Source of the DNA: an uncultured Planctomycetales bacterium
Lineage (GTDB): Bacteria; Omnitrophota; Gorgyraeia; Gygaellales; Profunditerraquicolaceae
Direction: 5' to 3'
Length of the DNA stretch: 44,563 nucleotides
NCBI GenBank assembly: GCA_964399915.1
Contig: CAYNRN010000004.1
Coordinates: forward strand, 2,362 to 46,924
Position 1 is the first letter of the stretch; each line of letters starts with the position of its first letter. The notes under the pieces were generated by a model. The model did not search any database and was not told where the DNA came from. It saw nothing but the letters and a program-made list of their open reading frames with translations. Below, piece after piece: positions 8,672-17,702 of this stretch. The position numbers and the translations under genes were made by a program.

Positions 8672-10606
8672 ATGTTTAAAAAAGAACCCGGCACGTCCGA
8701 ACGCAGGCGTTATCTTCGTCTGGATACCGTATTCCCGGTGCTCTTCAGGTTGGAGAGCCCGGACGGCAAACAGATACTCTCTGCCTGGCAGCAGGGTTTT
8801 ACTAGGAACGTAAGCAAAGGGGGGATCTGCCTGGAAGTAAATAATTTCAGCCCCGACTTAGCGCTTGCGCTTAAAGAAAATAAGGCAAAGCTCTCCTTGG
8901 AAATCGAAATGCCCATGATTAAAAAGCCGGTAAAGGCCCAGGCGCAGGTTGCCTGGGGCACTCAATCTGGCGCAGACCCCAACAGGTACACTTTTGGTCT
9001 AAGCTACGAGCATATTGATGCCTCAGCCAATGCTAAGGTAATGCGCTATGCCTGGATGAAGAAACTATTCATTCCTGTCGCTATCTCTCTGATCTTAGCC
9101 CTCTCGATCGGCCTGGGCATAAATACATTTATTAACGCCAAACTTACCCAGGGGAATAAAGCGTTGGTGGAGCAATTAATAAAAATACTCCAGGATACCA
9201 GCGTTGCCAAACAGCAGATTAAGAGCATTTCCAGGGAGAAATCCGATTTGCAGTTACAGCTTGATGCTTTAGAGCAGCGTATTAAAGCCGCAGAGAAAGA
9301 GAAAAAAGAAAAGGAAGAGCGCGGGGTAAAGGCAGCTGCCCGGATTAACGCGTTAGTAGAAGAATTAAGCCTGGAGAGAAACCGGCTGCAGCAGCAGATT
9401 ATCAGCGTCCAGACTAAAGAGAATAATATAACCGAAGAATTACTGCGCCTGGATAAGAAAAAATCATGCCTTGAACAGGCCAACCTGGACAAGATGTATC
9501 AGTGGCTTAGCGTGCATCAGAATCACCGCAGCGGCCTGATTATGAGTTTTGAAGGGGATAGCCAGATAGAGAGGTGGGGTTTCACCTATGACCAGGCGCT
9601 GGCGGCACTTGCCTTTATTAACATATCCGATTTTAACCGCGCCGCAAAGATCCTCACGTTTTTCAAAGACCGCGCCGAGAAAACTGACGGCAGGTTTTTC
9701 AACGCCTATTATGTAGATGACGGTAGCCCCGCAGAGTACGTCGTACATAGCGGGCCGAACATCTGGCTGGGGATAGCCGCCGCGCAATATTCATATAAAA
9801 GCGGGGATAACTCTTTTCTGCAGCTGGCGCAGGATATAGCTAAAGCAACTATCGGCATGCAGAGCCAGGACAGGGAAGGCGGCATCCGCGGCGGGCCTGA
9901 TGTAGCATGGTTTGCCACCGAGCATAACCTGGATGCTTACGCTTTCTTTAATATGCTTTATGAGATTACCACAGATAGTGTTTATGAAAAGGCAAGGGAT
10001 AAAATATTGAACTGGTTGTTAAACCATACCTATGACAGGAGTGAGATCCCGGTTAAACGCGGCAAAGGGGATTCTACTATTGCTACCGATACTTATGCCT
10101 GGTCTATCGCGGCGATAGGCCCGGAGAAATTATCGGGTATCGGTATGGACCCGGACAGGATTATGGAGTTTGTTGAGGAGAACTGCAGCGTAGAGGTTGA
10201 TTATCGCCGCCCCGGCGAAGGCGACGCGGTGAAGATAAAAGGTTTTGACTTTGCCCCGCAGAGGCACCTGGCAAGAGGAGGGATAGTTTCTTCAGAGTGG
10301 ACCGCGCAGATGGTTGTATCGATGAAGATTATGGCAAAGTATTATTATGATAAAGAGATGCCGGCAAAGGCGCATGCCTATGAGGTCAAAGCCGACGCCT
10401 ACTTGGCAGAACTGGCTAATATGATAGTTTCCAGCCCCTCTCCTTCGGGGCAGGGCGAAAGCTGCCTGCCGTACGCGACACAGGATAACGTGGATACCGG
10501 CCACGGATGGTTTACGCCCAAGGGCAGCCGCACGGGTTCGGTAGCAGGGACTGTATACACTATTTTTGCCTATTACGGTTACAATCCCCTCCAGCTTCGT
10601 AAATGA
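8672..10606 (+). CDS. PilZ domain + TM helix + coiled coil + putative (alpha/alpha)-barrel glycosidase-like domain protein
   Basis: PilZ motifs ERRRYLR and NVSKGG; hydrophobic segment LFIPVAISLILALSIGLGI; long heptad-rich region; C-terminal domain with TYDQAL, TEHNLD, DTYAW, SEWT motifs. The fold assignment of the C-terminal domain is inference. Confidence 0.65.
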   Translation: MFKKEPGTSERRRYLRLDTVFPVLFRLESPDGKQILSAWQQGFTRNVSKGGICLEVNNFSPDLALALKENKAKLSLEIEMPMIKKPVKAQAQVAWGTQSGADPNRYTFGLSYEHIDASANAKVMRYAWMKKLFIPVAISLILALSIGLGINTFINAKLTQGNKALVEQLIKILQDTSVAKQQIKSISREKSDLQLQLDALEQRIKAAEKEKKEKEERGVKAAARINALVEELSLERNRLQQQIISVQTKENNITEELLRLDKKKSCLEQANLDKMYQWLSVHQNHRSGLIMSFEGDSQIERWGFTYDQALAALAFINISDFNRAAKILTFFKDRAEKTDGRFFNAYYVDDGSPAEYVVHSGPNIWLGIAAAQYSYKSGDNSFLQLAQDIAKATIGMQSQDREGGIRGGPDVAWFATEHNLDAYAFFNMLYEITTDSVYEKARDKILNWLLNHTYDRSEIPVKRGKGDSTIATDTYAWSIAAIGPEKLSGIGMDPDRIMEFVEENCSVEVDYRRPGEGDAVKIKGFDFAPQRHLARGGIVSSEWTAQMVVSMKIMAKYYYDKEMPAKAHAYEVKADAYLAELANMIVSSPSPSGQGESCLPYATQDNVDTGHGWFTPKGSRTGSVAGTVYTIFAYYGYNPLQLRK

Positions 10607-11247
10607 GCTTTCCGGCAGAGGCAATCTTTAAAAAACTCTACGCGAGTTTCGGGCCTCAGGCCTGGTGGCCGGCAAAGACCCCTTTTGAAGTGATGGTGGG
10701 GGCGATCCTCACCCAGAATACTGCCTGGGCGAATGTAGAGCGGGCAATAGCCAACCTGCAGGATAATAACGCCCTGAGCGCGCGCGCGCTTTACCTTATG
10801 CCGCGAAAAAAACTTGCTTCATTGATCAGGCCGGCCGGTTATTATAATATCAAGGCAAAGCGGCTGAAGAATTTTCTGAAGTTCTTTTTTAGAGAGTACT
10901 CCGGCAGCGTAAGGAAGATGGCCGGGGCAGATATAGCCAAATTACGCCGGCAGCTGCTTAGCGTAAACGGTATCGGCGAAGAAACCGCGGATTCCATTCT
11001 TTTATACGCTTTAAATAAGCCGGTTTTTGTCGTCGACGCCTATACTAAAAGGATATTTGCCAGGCACGGATTTATCAGCAAGGAAGCCCTCTACCAGCAG
11101 GTACAGGATTTATGCACGGAGAGCCTCAGCAGGAGTGCGAGGCTGTTCAACGAATATCACGCGTTATTGGTAAGATTGGGGAAGGATTATTGCAGAAAGA
11201 GGAAACCGAGGTGCGAAATATGCCCGTTAAAGCAAGCTTGCAGCTGA
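10603..11247 (+). CDS. HhH-GPD endonuclease III-related DNA glycosylase with 4Fe-4S motif
   Basis: WWP..PFEVMVGAILTQNTAW, HhH motif LSVNGIGEETAD, VVDAY, and a C-terminal C..KPRCEICP cluster. Confidence 0.9.
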   Translation: MSFPAEAIFKKLYASFGPQAWWPAKTPFEVMVGAILTQNTAWANVERAIANLQDNNALSARALYLMPRKKLASLIRPAGYYNIKAKRLKNFLKFFFREYSGSVRKMAGADIAKLRRQLLSVNGIGEETADSILLYALNKPVFVVDAYTKRIFARHGFISKEALYQQVQDLCTESLSRSARLFNEYHALLVRLGKDYCRKRKPRCEICPLKQACS

Positions 11248-11957
11248 TAGCTCATAGCTGGAAGTCCGGGATTGCGATTTGTTTTATTATGCTTAGTTTA
11301 TCATTTGCGCCTTACGGTTTGCAACCCGTATATGGCGCTCCCTGTTACGGCACAAGGATGCCCGGAAGGAATAAGTTTTTTGCCGGCGTAGAAAGCAATA
11401 TGCTTTTTAAGCGGTATCTTGAGGATGATTACGGAAAATTAAGGAGCACGCAGTATTTTCTGGACCTCTCTTACGGATTATTTGACTGGTTGAGCATTGA
11501 TCTTAAAGGCGGGGCGGGGAATATCAAACAGCGGCCGGTTAATAGCGATGAGGTCGACTATTCCTCGGGTTTTGCCGGCGGGTATGGTTTCCGACTCAGA
11601 CTTCTGGATAAGAATAAGATGAGGATGGTCTTCGGATTCCAGCACATCAGTGTGCATCCCGAAAAAACCTATTTAGGCGATATAAAGAACCGGGCGATCC
11701 TTGACGACTGGCAGGTATCTTTATTGGGTTCATATGATATCAGCAGGTTTACGCCGTATGCCGGCATGAAATGGTCAAGGGTAGATTATATCCACTGGGT
11801 TGATACTACGCGCAAGCGCAGGATGTCAGACCGGACTAAAGATTTAGGGTTAGTGTTGGGCGCGGATATTACGCTGGCAAAAAATTTCTGGATAAATATT
11901 GAGGGACAGCTTTTTGACAGCGAAGCGGCATCGGTCAGGCTTAACTACGCTTTTTAA
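11220..11957 (+). CDS. putative outer-membrane beta-barrel protein
   Basis: Signal-like N-terminus, amphipathic aromatic-rich strands (FTPYAGMKWS) and C-terminal RLNYAF ending in Phe. Start uncertain (11220 or 11289). Confidence 0.55.
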   Translation: MPVKASLQLIAHSWKSGIAICFIMLSLSFAPYGLQPVYGAPCYGTRMPGRNKFFAGVESNMLFKRYLEDDYGKLRSTQYFLDLSYGLFDWLSIDLKGGAGNIKQRPVNSDEVDYSSGFAGGYGFRLRLLDKNKMRMVFGFQHISVHPEKTYLGDIKNRAILDDWQVSLLGSYDISRFTPYAGMKWSRVDYIHWVDTTRKRRMSDRTKDLGLVLGADITLAKNFWINIEGQLFDSEAASVRLNYAF

Positions 11958-11958
11958 A

Positions 11959-13089
11959 ATGATAAATAAAAAAAGGCTGATTTCGCTGACGGAAAAGTTA
12001 ATCCGTGTTGATTCACAGAACCCCGGCAGCGACGAATCAGCGATAGCTGCTTTTGCGGCAGGGTATCTTAAAAAAATGGGGCTTCGCCCGCGCATTTACG
12101 AGTTCAAAGAAAAACGCTCTAATCTCATCGCTGTCTTGCCGGCAAGAAATTCACGGCACTCGCTTCTGATTACGCCGCACTTGGATACGGTGCCTAAAGG
12201 CAAAAATTGGAGCTTCAACCCTTTTATGGCCAAGATTTCAGCCGGCCGGATTTACGGCCTCGGCGCCACGGATTGCAAGGGCAATGTTGCCGCGGCGATC
12301 GAAGCAGTTAACAGCCTGATTGAAGAAAAGGCCGCTTTAAATTATAATCTTATTTTTGCCGCCACTGCCGACGAAGAGTGCGGCTCGCTCCTCGGGTTGA
12401 TACCGCTATTGAGAAAGGGTATTTTAAAAGCCGATGCGGCGCTGGTCCTTGATTCGGACGATTTTAAAATCATCGTCTCTCAAAAAGGGCTTCTGCACCT
12501 GAGGGTAAAGATATCCGGAAAACGCGCGCACGGAGCATGCCCCTGGCGGGGAGTTAATGCCATAAGTATTGCGGTAGAAATATTAACTCAGCTTAAGAAA
12601 AAGAAGCTTTCTTCCTCCTATAACAGCCTCTTGCATCCTGCAACCGTAAATATCGGGACGATCAGGGGAGGAGATAAGGTAAATATAGTAGCTGATTGGT
12701 GTGAATTTGAACTGGACTTCAGGTTTCTTCCGGGAGGAACCGCGCTTAAGTTCATCGCCGATTTAAAAAAGATTATCCGCAAATCCACGGACAGCTTTAA
12801 GCTAGAGATAGAAGACCTGCAGAAACCGTACCAGATAAGCCGGGATCATCCGCTTGTGGCGCAGTTAAGCGGCGCGATGAAGAGATTGGGTATGGCCAGG
12901 CGTATCTGCGGCTCAGAAGGGGCTACGACAATAACCTTCTTTGCGCAAAAAGGGATTCCGGCAATAGCCACAGGTTTCGGTTCAAGCGGTTGCTGCCACA
13001 CGGCTGATGAATATATAAAGATTGATACCCTCTTTAACGGTGCCAGGGTATTGGAAGAGTTTTTAAAAACATACAGATTCAAAGACTAA
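11959..13089 (+). CDS. M20 family metallopeptidase/deacylase (ArgE/DapE-like)
   Basis: HLDTVP, IYGLGATDCKG, ADEE, GGDKVNIV, HTADEY. Confidence 0.9.
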   Translation: MINKKRLISLTEKLIRVDSQNPGSDESAIAAFAAGYLKKMGLRPRIYEFKEKRSNLIAVLPARNSRHSLLITPHLDTVPKGKNWSFNPFMAKISAGRIYGLGATDCKGNVAAAIEAVNSLIEEKAALNYNLIFAATADEECGSLLGLIPLLRKGILKADAALVLDSDDFKIIVSQKGLLHLRVKISGKRAHGACPWRGVNAISIAVEILTQLKKKKLSSSYNSLLHPATVNIGTIRGGDKVNIVADWCEFELDFRFLPGGTALKFIADLKKIIRKSTDSFKLEIEDLQKPYQISRDHPLVAQLSGAMKRLGMARRICGSEGATTITFFAQKGIPAIATGFGSSGCCHTADEYIKIDTLFNGARVLEEFLKTYRFKD

Positions 13090-13101
13090 TATGGGGGAGT
13101 T

Positions 13102-14115
13102 ATGGAGGGGATAAAATTAACCAGGAGGCCGCGCCTGAAGAATCCTTATTTTATCGCTGCCTGGCCCGGTATGGGGGAGGTAGCTTTTAAGGCTGCTTCA
13201 TGCCTTGTAGAGAAGCTCGGGGCAAGCGAATTCGCCGTGCTTGAGCCCGAAGACTTCTTTTATCTTACCGGCAGCAATATCGATAACGGCGTCTTAAGCC
13301 TGCCCGGGCTTCCGGAGGGGAAATTTTATTTCTGGAAGAACCCCGCCACAAAGCGTGGCGGGTCCGCCACGAATTATGGCGGAAAAGTCGAAGCGTACGA
13401 CCTGATAATTTTTATCAGCAATGCCCAGCCGGACCTGGCTAAGGCAGAGGATTATTCCAGGAAAATCATCGGGCTGGCTAAATCTTACGGTGTCAAGACC
13501 GCAATTAGTTTTGCGGCGCTGCCGCAGCCGATAGAACATGGGCATGCCCCTGCCGTATGGTTTGTTTCCACCGCGGATGATTTAAACGCTCACCTGAAGA
13601 AATTTAATTTAAACCAGCTGTTGCAGGGACAGATCAGCGGCATGAACGGGTTATTTCTCGGCGCGGCTAAGAAAGAGGGGATTAACGGTTTTTGCCTGCT
13701 TGGGGAAGTCCCGCTCTATACCATACAGATTGAGAACCCCCGGGCAGCGCAGGCGGTTCTAGAATCGCTGGGCAGGATATTGGGTATACGCATAGATTCC
13801 TCCTCCCTCAGCGCTCAGGCGCAGGTAATCGATAATGAAATCGATAAGCTCCTGGATTACCTTAAGCTAGGCGGCCCCGGCCAGCCCGCTCCGATAGGAG
13901 AAGAGGAGATAGAGAAGATTAAAAAGTCTTTAAGCCAGCTTACTAAACTGCCGATTTCAGTGAAAGAAAAAATAGAGAAGTTATTTACCCGGGCCGCCGA
14001 TGATATCGCCAAGGCGGGGGAGTTAAAAGCGGAGCTGGATAAATGGAACGCTTACAATGAATATGAGGACAGGTTCCTGGATTTATTCAAAAAAGGAAAA
14101 GAGAAGGGAAACTGA
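13102..14115 (+). CDS. PAC2 (proteasome assembly chaperone-like) family protein
   Basis: LKNP.FIAAWPGMGEV, GQISGMNGLFLG, GFCLLGEVP, ENPRAA..VLE.L are typical of PAC2 proteins. Confidence 0.75.
   Translation: MEGIKLTRRPRLKNPYFIAAWPGMGEVAFKAASCLVEKLGASEFAVLEPEDFFYLTGSNIDNGVLSLPGLPEGKFYFWKNPATKRGGSATNYGGKVEAYDLIIFISNAQPDLAKAEDYSRKIIGLAKSYGVKTAISFAALPQPIEHGHAPAVWFVSTADDLNAHLKKFNLNQLLQGQISGMNGLFLGAAKKEGINGFCLLGEVPLYTIQIENPRAAQAVLESLGRILGIRIDSSSLSAQAQVIDNEIDKLLDYLKLGGPGQPAPIGEEEIEKIKKSLSQLTKLPISVKEKIEKLFTRAADDIAKAGELKAELDKWNAYNEYEDRFLDLFKKGKEKGN
13342..13383. repeat. two tandem CCGCCA-Nn-TGGCGG hairpins inside the PAC2 gene
   Basis: CCCGCCAC-AAAGC-GTGGCGGG and TCCGCCA-CGAATTA-TGGCGGA. Confidence 0.75.
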
Positions 14116-14753
14116 TGCCCCGGGCAAAGATTAAGGCAATTGCCTTTGACTTGGGTAATGTCCTTGTCGATTTTGACCATGCTATCGCTGCCAGGCGGAT
14201 AGCCCCTCTAAGTAAAATGTCGGCGCAGGAGATATTCGGGTTATTTTTTGATTCTCCGCTCATCGGGCTGTTTGAAGAGGGGAAGATTGCGCCGGAAGAT
14301 TTCTTTGAGCGGATAAAGGAGATGCTCGGCCTGAAGATTGATTATCCCCGGTTCCTTCCGATATGGAACGAAATATTTTTTATTACGGAAAAGAACCGCC
14401 TTACCTATGCGCTGGCCGCCGGCCTAAGAAATAGATTTCCCCTTGTGATGATGAGCAATATAAATGTCCTGCATATAGGTTATCTGCGCAATAAATTTGA
14501 TATTTTTTCGGTGTTTAACCATCTTATTTTCTCCTGTGAGGTAAAAGTCCGTAAGCCCGATCCCCGGATATTCAATGAAGCGCTGCGCAGGCTGGATTCC
14601 AGCGCGCAGGAACTTTTTTATGTTGATGACAGGCCGGATTTAGTAGAAGGCGCAAGAAACTTGGGGATAGAGGCATTTGTTTTTAAGGGCGTAGAAGAGC
14701 TGAAAAACGACCTTATCTCCTGCGGGATTACATCGGGAAAAGACCATGTCTAA
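14115..14753 (+). CDS. HAD-superfamily phosphatase (YihX-like)
   Basis: FDLGNVL motif I, MSN, RKPDPRIF, YVDD. Confidence 0.9.
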   Translation: MPRAKIKAIAFDLGNVLVDFDHAIAARRIAPLSKMSAQEIFGLFFDSPLIGLFEEGKIAPEDFFERIKEMLGLKIDYPRFLPIWNEIFFITEKNRLTYALAAGLRNRFPLVMMSNINVLHIGYLRNKFDIFSVFNHLIFSCEVKVRKPDPRIFNEALRRLDSSAQELFYVDDRPDLVEGARNLGIEAFVFKGVEELKNDLISCGITSGKDHV

Positions 14754-15753
14754 TGAAAAAATATTACTGGGGCACGGAAGCGGCGGCAGTTTAATGCACA
14801 GCTTAATCAGGGAACGCATAGTCCGCAAGCTTTCCAACCCGGTGTTGGATCTCCTCGGCGACAGCGCGATAGTTTCCGCAGGCAGGGAAGCGGCGTTTAC
14901 TACGGATTCTTTCGTGGTCAGCCCGGTTGAATTCTTCGGAGGCGATATCGGAAAACTCGCTGTCTGCGGAACGGTAAATGACCTGGTGATGCTGGCTGCT
15001 TCACCTGAATACCTCTCACTGGCTTTTATTGTCGAAGAGGGATTATCCTTCAGTCTCTTTGACAGGGTAATAGATTCTATAGCCCTGACAGCCGGGCAGG
15101 CAGGCGCGCGTATTGCTACCGGGGACTTTAAGGTCGTGGAGAAAGGTTCAGCTGATAAGATCTTCATCAATACTTCCGGGATAGGCAGGATAGTCGCCGG
15201 GAGAATCCCTTCTTTAAGGAATATCACCACCGGCGATAAAGTGATTATCACCGGGAATATCGGCCAGCACGGGCTGTCGGTTTTAGCCAGAAGGAAAGGC
15301 TTAGATTTTGATTTCAAAATAAAAAGCGATTGCGCTTGCCTGGACGGATTATTACTTCCGCTATTTAAGGCAGGCAGCAGCATAAAGTTTATGCGCGACC
15401 CTACGCGCGGGGGGATCGCCACTACTTTGAATGAGATTGCCGTTGGTTGCGGCCTGGGCATAGAGATAGACGAAAAATCTATCCCGGTTTCTTCCGGGGT
15501 CAGGGCTGCTTGCGAACTTCTGGGGATCGACCCTCTGTACATGGCTTGCGAAGGCAGGGCAGTTATTGTTGCCGCGCATAAGCGCGCGGATGATATCGTA
15601 ACGAAGCTACGCCGGCATCCTCTGGGAAAAAACGCCGCGGTTATCGGCCGCGTAGGCAGAAGCCCGAAGGCAAAAGTAGTAATGAATACCGGGTTCGGAA
15701 CCCAGCGCATCGTTGACATGCTCTCAAGCGACCCGTTGCCGAGGATTTGCTAA
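14746..15753 (+). CDS. hypE: carbamoyl dehydratase HypE
   Basis: HGSGG, TTDSFVV, GGDIGKLAVCGTVND, MRDPTRGG, C-terminal PRIC. Confidence 0.97.
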   Translation: MSNEKILLGHGSGGSLMHSLIRERIVRKLSNPVLDLLGDSAIVSAGREAAFTTDSFVVSPVEFFGGDIGKLAVCGTVNDLVMLAASPEYLSLAFIVEEGLSFSLFDRVIDSIALTAGQAGARIATGDFKVVEKGSADKIFINTSGIGRIVAGRIPSLRNITTGDKVIITGNIGQHGLSVLARRKGLDFDFKIKSDCACLDGLLLPLFKAGSSIKFMRDPTRGGIATTLNEIAVGCGLGIEIDEKSIPVSSGVRAACELLGIDPLYMACEGRAVIVAAHKRADDIVTKLRRHPLGKNAAVIGRVGRSPKAKVVMNTGFGTQRIVDMLSSDPLPRIC

Positions 15754-16487
15754 TGAAGACCAATAGGTACCAGAGAAGATTTTACCGGGACTGGGTGAAG
15801 GCAGAGGATCTTTGTTTTAACTTAGTTACGATTAAAGAGACGGACCTTGAGATACTTACCAATAAGCCGCTGGATATAAATTTCGTCCGCGAACGCATGC
15901 AGGCATATAGATGGGACATTGAGAACTATATTATCAAAGACAGAAGGTTCCTTACGGCGCTTAAGCCGATGGCAGTAGAGCTTACTGCCCCGCTGATAGT
16001 GAAAAAGATGAACCAGGCCGCGCATTGCGCAGGCACAGGCCCGATGGCCGCGGTTGCCGGAGCGATAGCGCAGCTTATCGGAGAAGACCTTTTGAAAAAA
16101 GGATATAAGGATGTAATCGTCGAAAACGGCGGAGATATCTTTATGCACAGCCGCAAGAGCCGCCTGGTGCGCATTTATACGGGATTACCGAAAATCTGGA
16201 AAAAACTCTCCATTAAAATCAACCCTGCACAGATGCCGCTTGGCATATGCACCTCTTCAGGGGTCACCGGCCATTCTTTAAGCTTTGGCTGCGCTGATTG
16301 CGTGGTGATTTTAGCTAAAGATGCCGCTTTAGCCGATGCGATTGCCACCGCCGCGGCTAACCGCGTGCAGTCTGCGCAGGATCTCACCGCCGCAATCGAT
16401 TTTACCCGCATGATTAAGGGCGTCAAAGGCGCTATTATTATCATCAGAAACAAACTCGCCAGTTGGGGTAGCGTAAAATTCGCCTAA
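15753..16487 (+). CDS. UPF0280 / ApbE-like family protein
   Basis: ETDL, GPMAAVAGAIA, VENGGDI, GICTSSG..GHSLSFG.AD, ADA.ATA..N. Confidence 0.85.
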   Translation: MKTNRYQRRFYRDWVKAEDLCFNLVTIKETDLEILTNKPLDINFVRERMQAYRWDIENYIIKDRRFLTALKPMAVELTAPLIVKKMNQAAHCAGTGPMAAVAGAIAQLIGEDLLKKGYKDVIVENGGDIFMHSRKSRLVRIYTGLPKIWKKLSIKINPAQMPLGICTSSGVTGHSLSFGCADCVVILAKDAALADAIATAAANRVQSAQDLTAAIDFTRMIKGVKGAIIIIRNKLASWGSVKFA

Positions 16488-16500
16488 ATCCAAAATTTTC

Positions 16501-16529
16501 TTGACATTCAAAAGATATTGTGATAAAAA
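16501..16529 (+). promoter_or_regulatory. sigma70-type promoter for the ATP-grasp/kamA operon
   Basis: TTGACA (16501-06), 17-nt spacer, TG-n-TAAAAA (16521-29) in an AT-rich intergenic region. Confidence 0.55.
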
Positions 16530-16612
16530 AATATTGTAAGCACGATAGATTTATTAAAGAAAGGTATTTTTCGGAGAAAGAATAAAATAAATTGAAAAGA
16601 AAGGGTGAAGCT

Positions 16613-16647
16613 TAAGGGCTCGAGATTCTAAGGAGCCCTTATTTTTT
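16613..16647 (+). terminator. intrinsic terminator-like hairpin in the leader, 8 nt before the ATG
   Basis: TAAGGGCTC (16613-21) pairs with GAGCCCTTA (16633-41), followed by TTTTTT. Confidence 0.7.
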
Positions 16648-16655
16648 ATAGCAAG

Positions 16656-17645
16656 ATGAAAACCGTAGGCCTAACTTATGATTTAAAGACGGATTACCAG
16701 TTTAAAGAGGGGGATCCTTCCGACGCAAACGCGGAATTCGACCATCCTTCGACCGTGGATATTATCGTTTCGGCGATCGAATCTAACGGGTTCCGGGTTA
16801 GAAAAATCGGCAATGCCGCCAATCTCCTTTCGCAAATAGATAATCTTGCAGTTGACATAGTATTTAATATCTCAGAAGGCTACACCGGCAGGAACCGCGA
16901 ATCACAGGTTCCTATCCTGCTTGAAATGGCGGGGATTCCTTTTGTCGGTTCCGATGCGCTTACCCTCGGGCTTACCCTAGATAAAATAATGGCCAAGAAG
17001 GTGTTTATCGCCGAGGGTATTCTCACTCCGAAATTTTTTGAAATCAAATCCCTGGATAACCTCGTAGATACGGACCATTTAAATTTCCCTTTAATCGTCA
17101 AGCCGCGTTTTGAGGGCTCTTCCAAGGGGTTAAGCGAAAAATCCCGCGTTGAAAATAAAGATGAGTTGTTCAGGCAGGCGGATTTAATCGTCAATACCTA
17201 TAAGCAGCCGGCGTTGGTTGAAGAATTTATTCTGGGGCAGGAGTTTACCGTTGCGGTAATCGGCAATTCTCCGGCGCAGGCCTTGCCGTCGGTGCAGGTT
17301 GAGATTGACGGGAGCGTTGACCTTGGCGATAAATTTTACACCTTCGCCCGCATTGCTTCGGATAAGCTGAAATATATCTGTCCGGCGCGCATCTCGAAAG
17401 AACTTGAGCAAAAATTGCGCGAGGCGGCAATAAAAGTTTATACGGCAGTGGATTGCCTTGACTTAGGCAGGGTAGATTTCCGGGTAGATAAAGCAGGTAA
17501 TGCCTATGCCCTTGAAATAAACCCCCTGCCCAGCCTTTCAACAGAAGATGTCTTTCAGACGACTGCCGCCGCCGAAGGGATAACTTATCAGCAGATGATC
17601 GGGCGCATACTTAACTTTGCGCTGGTAAGGCACGGCCTTAAATAA
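16656..17645 (+). CDS. D-Ala-D-Ala ligase-like ATP-grasp protein (copy 1)
   Basis: VFNISEG..RESQVP, IPFVGS, DKIMAK, FPLIVKP..EGSSKG, LVEEFI.G.EFTV, RVDFR, LEINPLP. Lacks the Ddl GGxSxE N-terminal motif. Confidence 0.85.
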   Translation: MKTVGLTYDLKTDYQFKEGDPSDANAEFDHPSTVDIIVSAIESNGFRVRKIGNAANLLSQIDNLAVDIVFNISEGYTGRNRESQVPILLEMAGIPFVGSDALTLGLTLDKIMAKKVFIAEGILTPKFFEIKSLDNLVDTDHLNFPLIVKPRFEGSSKGLSEKSRVENKDELFRQADLIVNTYKQPALVEEFILGQEFTVAVIGNSPAQALPSVQVEIDGSVDLGDKFYTFARIASDKLKYICPARISKELEQKLREAAIKVYTAVDCLDLGRVDFRVDKAGNAYALEINPLPSLSTEDVFQTTAAAEGITYQQMIGRILNFALVRHGLK

Positions 17646-17649
17646 ATGA

Positions 17650-17702
17650 ACCCCGTTACACACTTTTGTGATAACGGGGTAAGGAGGGGTGTGTAACGGG
17701 GT
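17650..17702 (+). repeat. inverted repeat element ACCCCGTTA...TAACGGGGT with two alternative 3' arms
   Basis: ACCCCGTTA (17650-58) pairs with 17672-80. ACCCCGTTACACAC (17650-63) also pairs perfectly with 17689-17702. Confidence 0.8.

Noticed and set aside
11112-11958. Long N-terminal extensions in the ORF track (11112, 11899; likewise 31280, 32654, 34401, 41968)
   Set aside because: They overlap upstream genes or repeats; downstream starts fit RBS positions and family N-termini better.
14640-15719. 359-aa minus-strand ORF, and other antisense ORFs such as 26189-26917 and 35155-35709
   Set aside because: They shadow well-conserved + strand genes, have no recognisable motifs, and are an expected by-product of codon bias.
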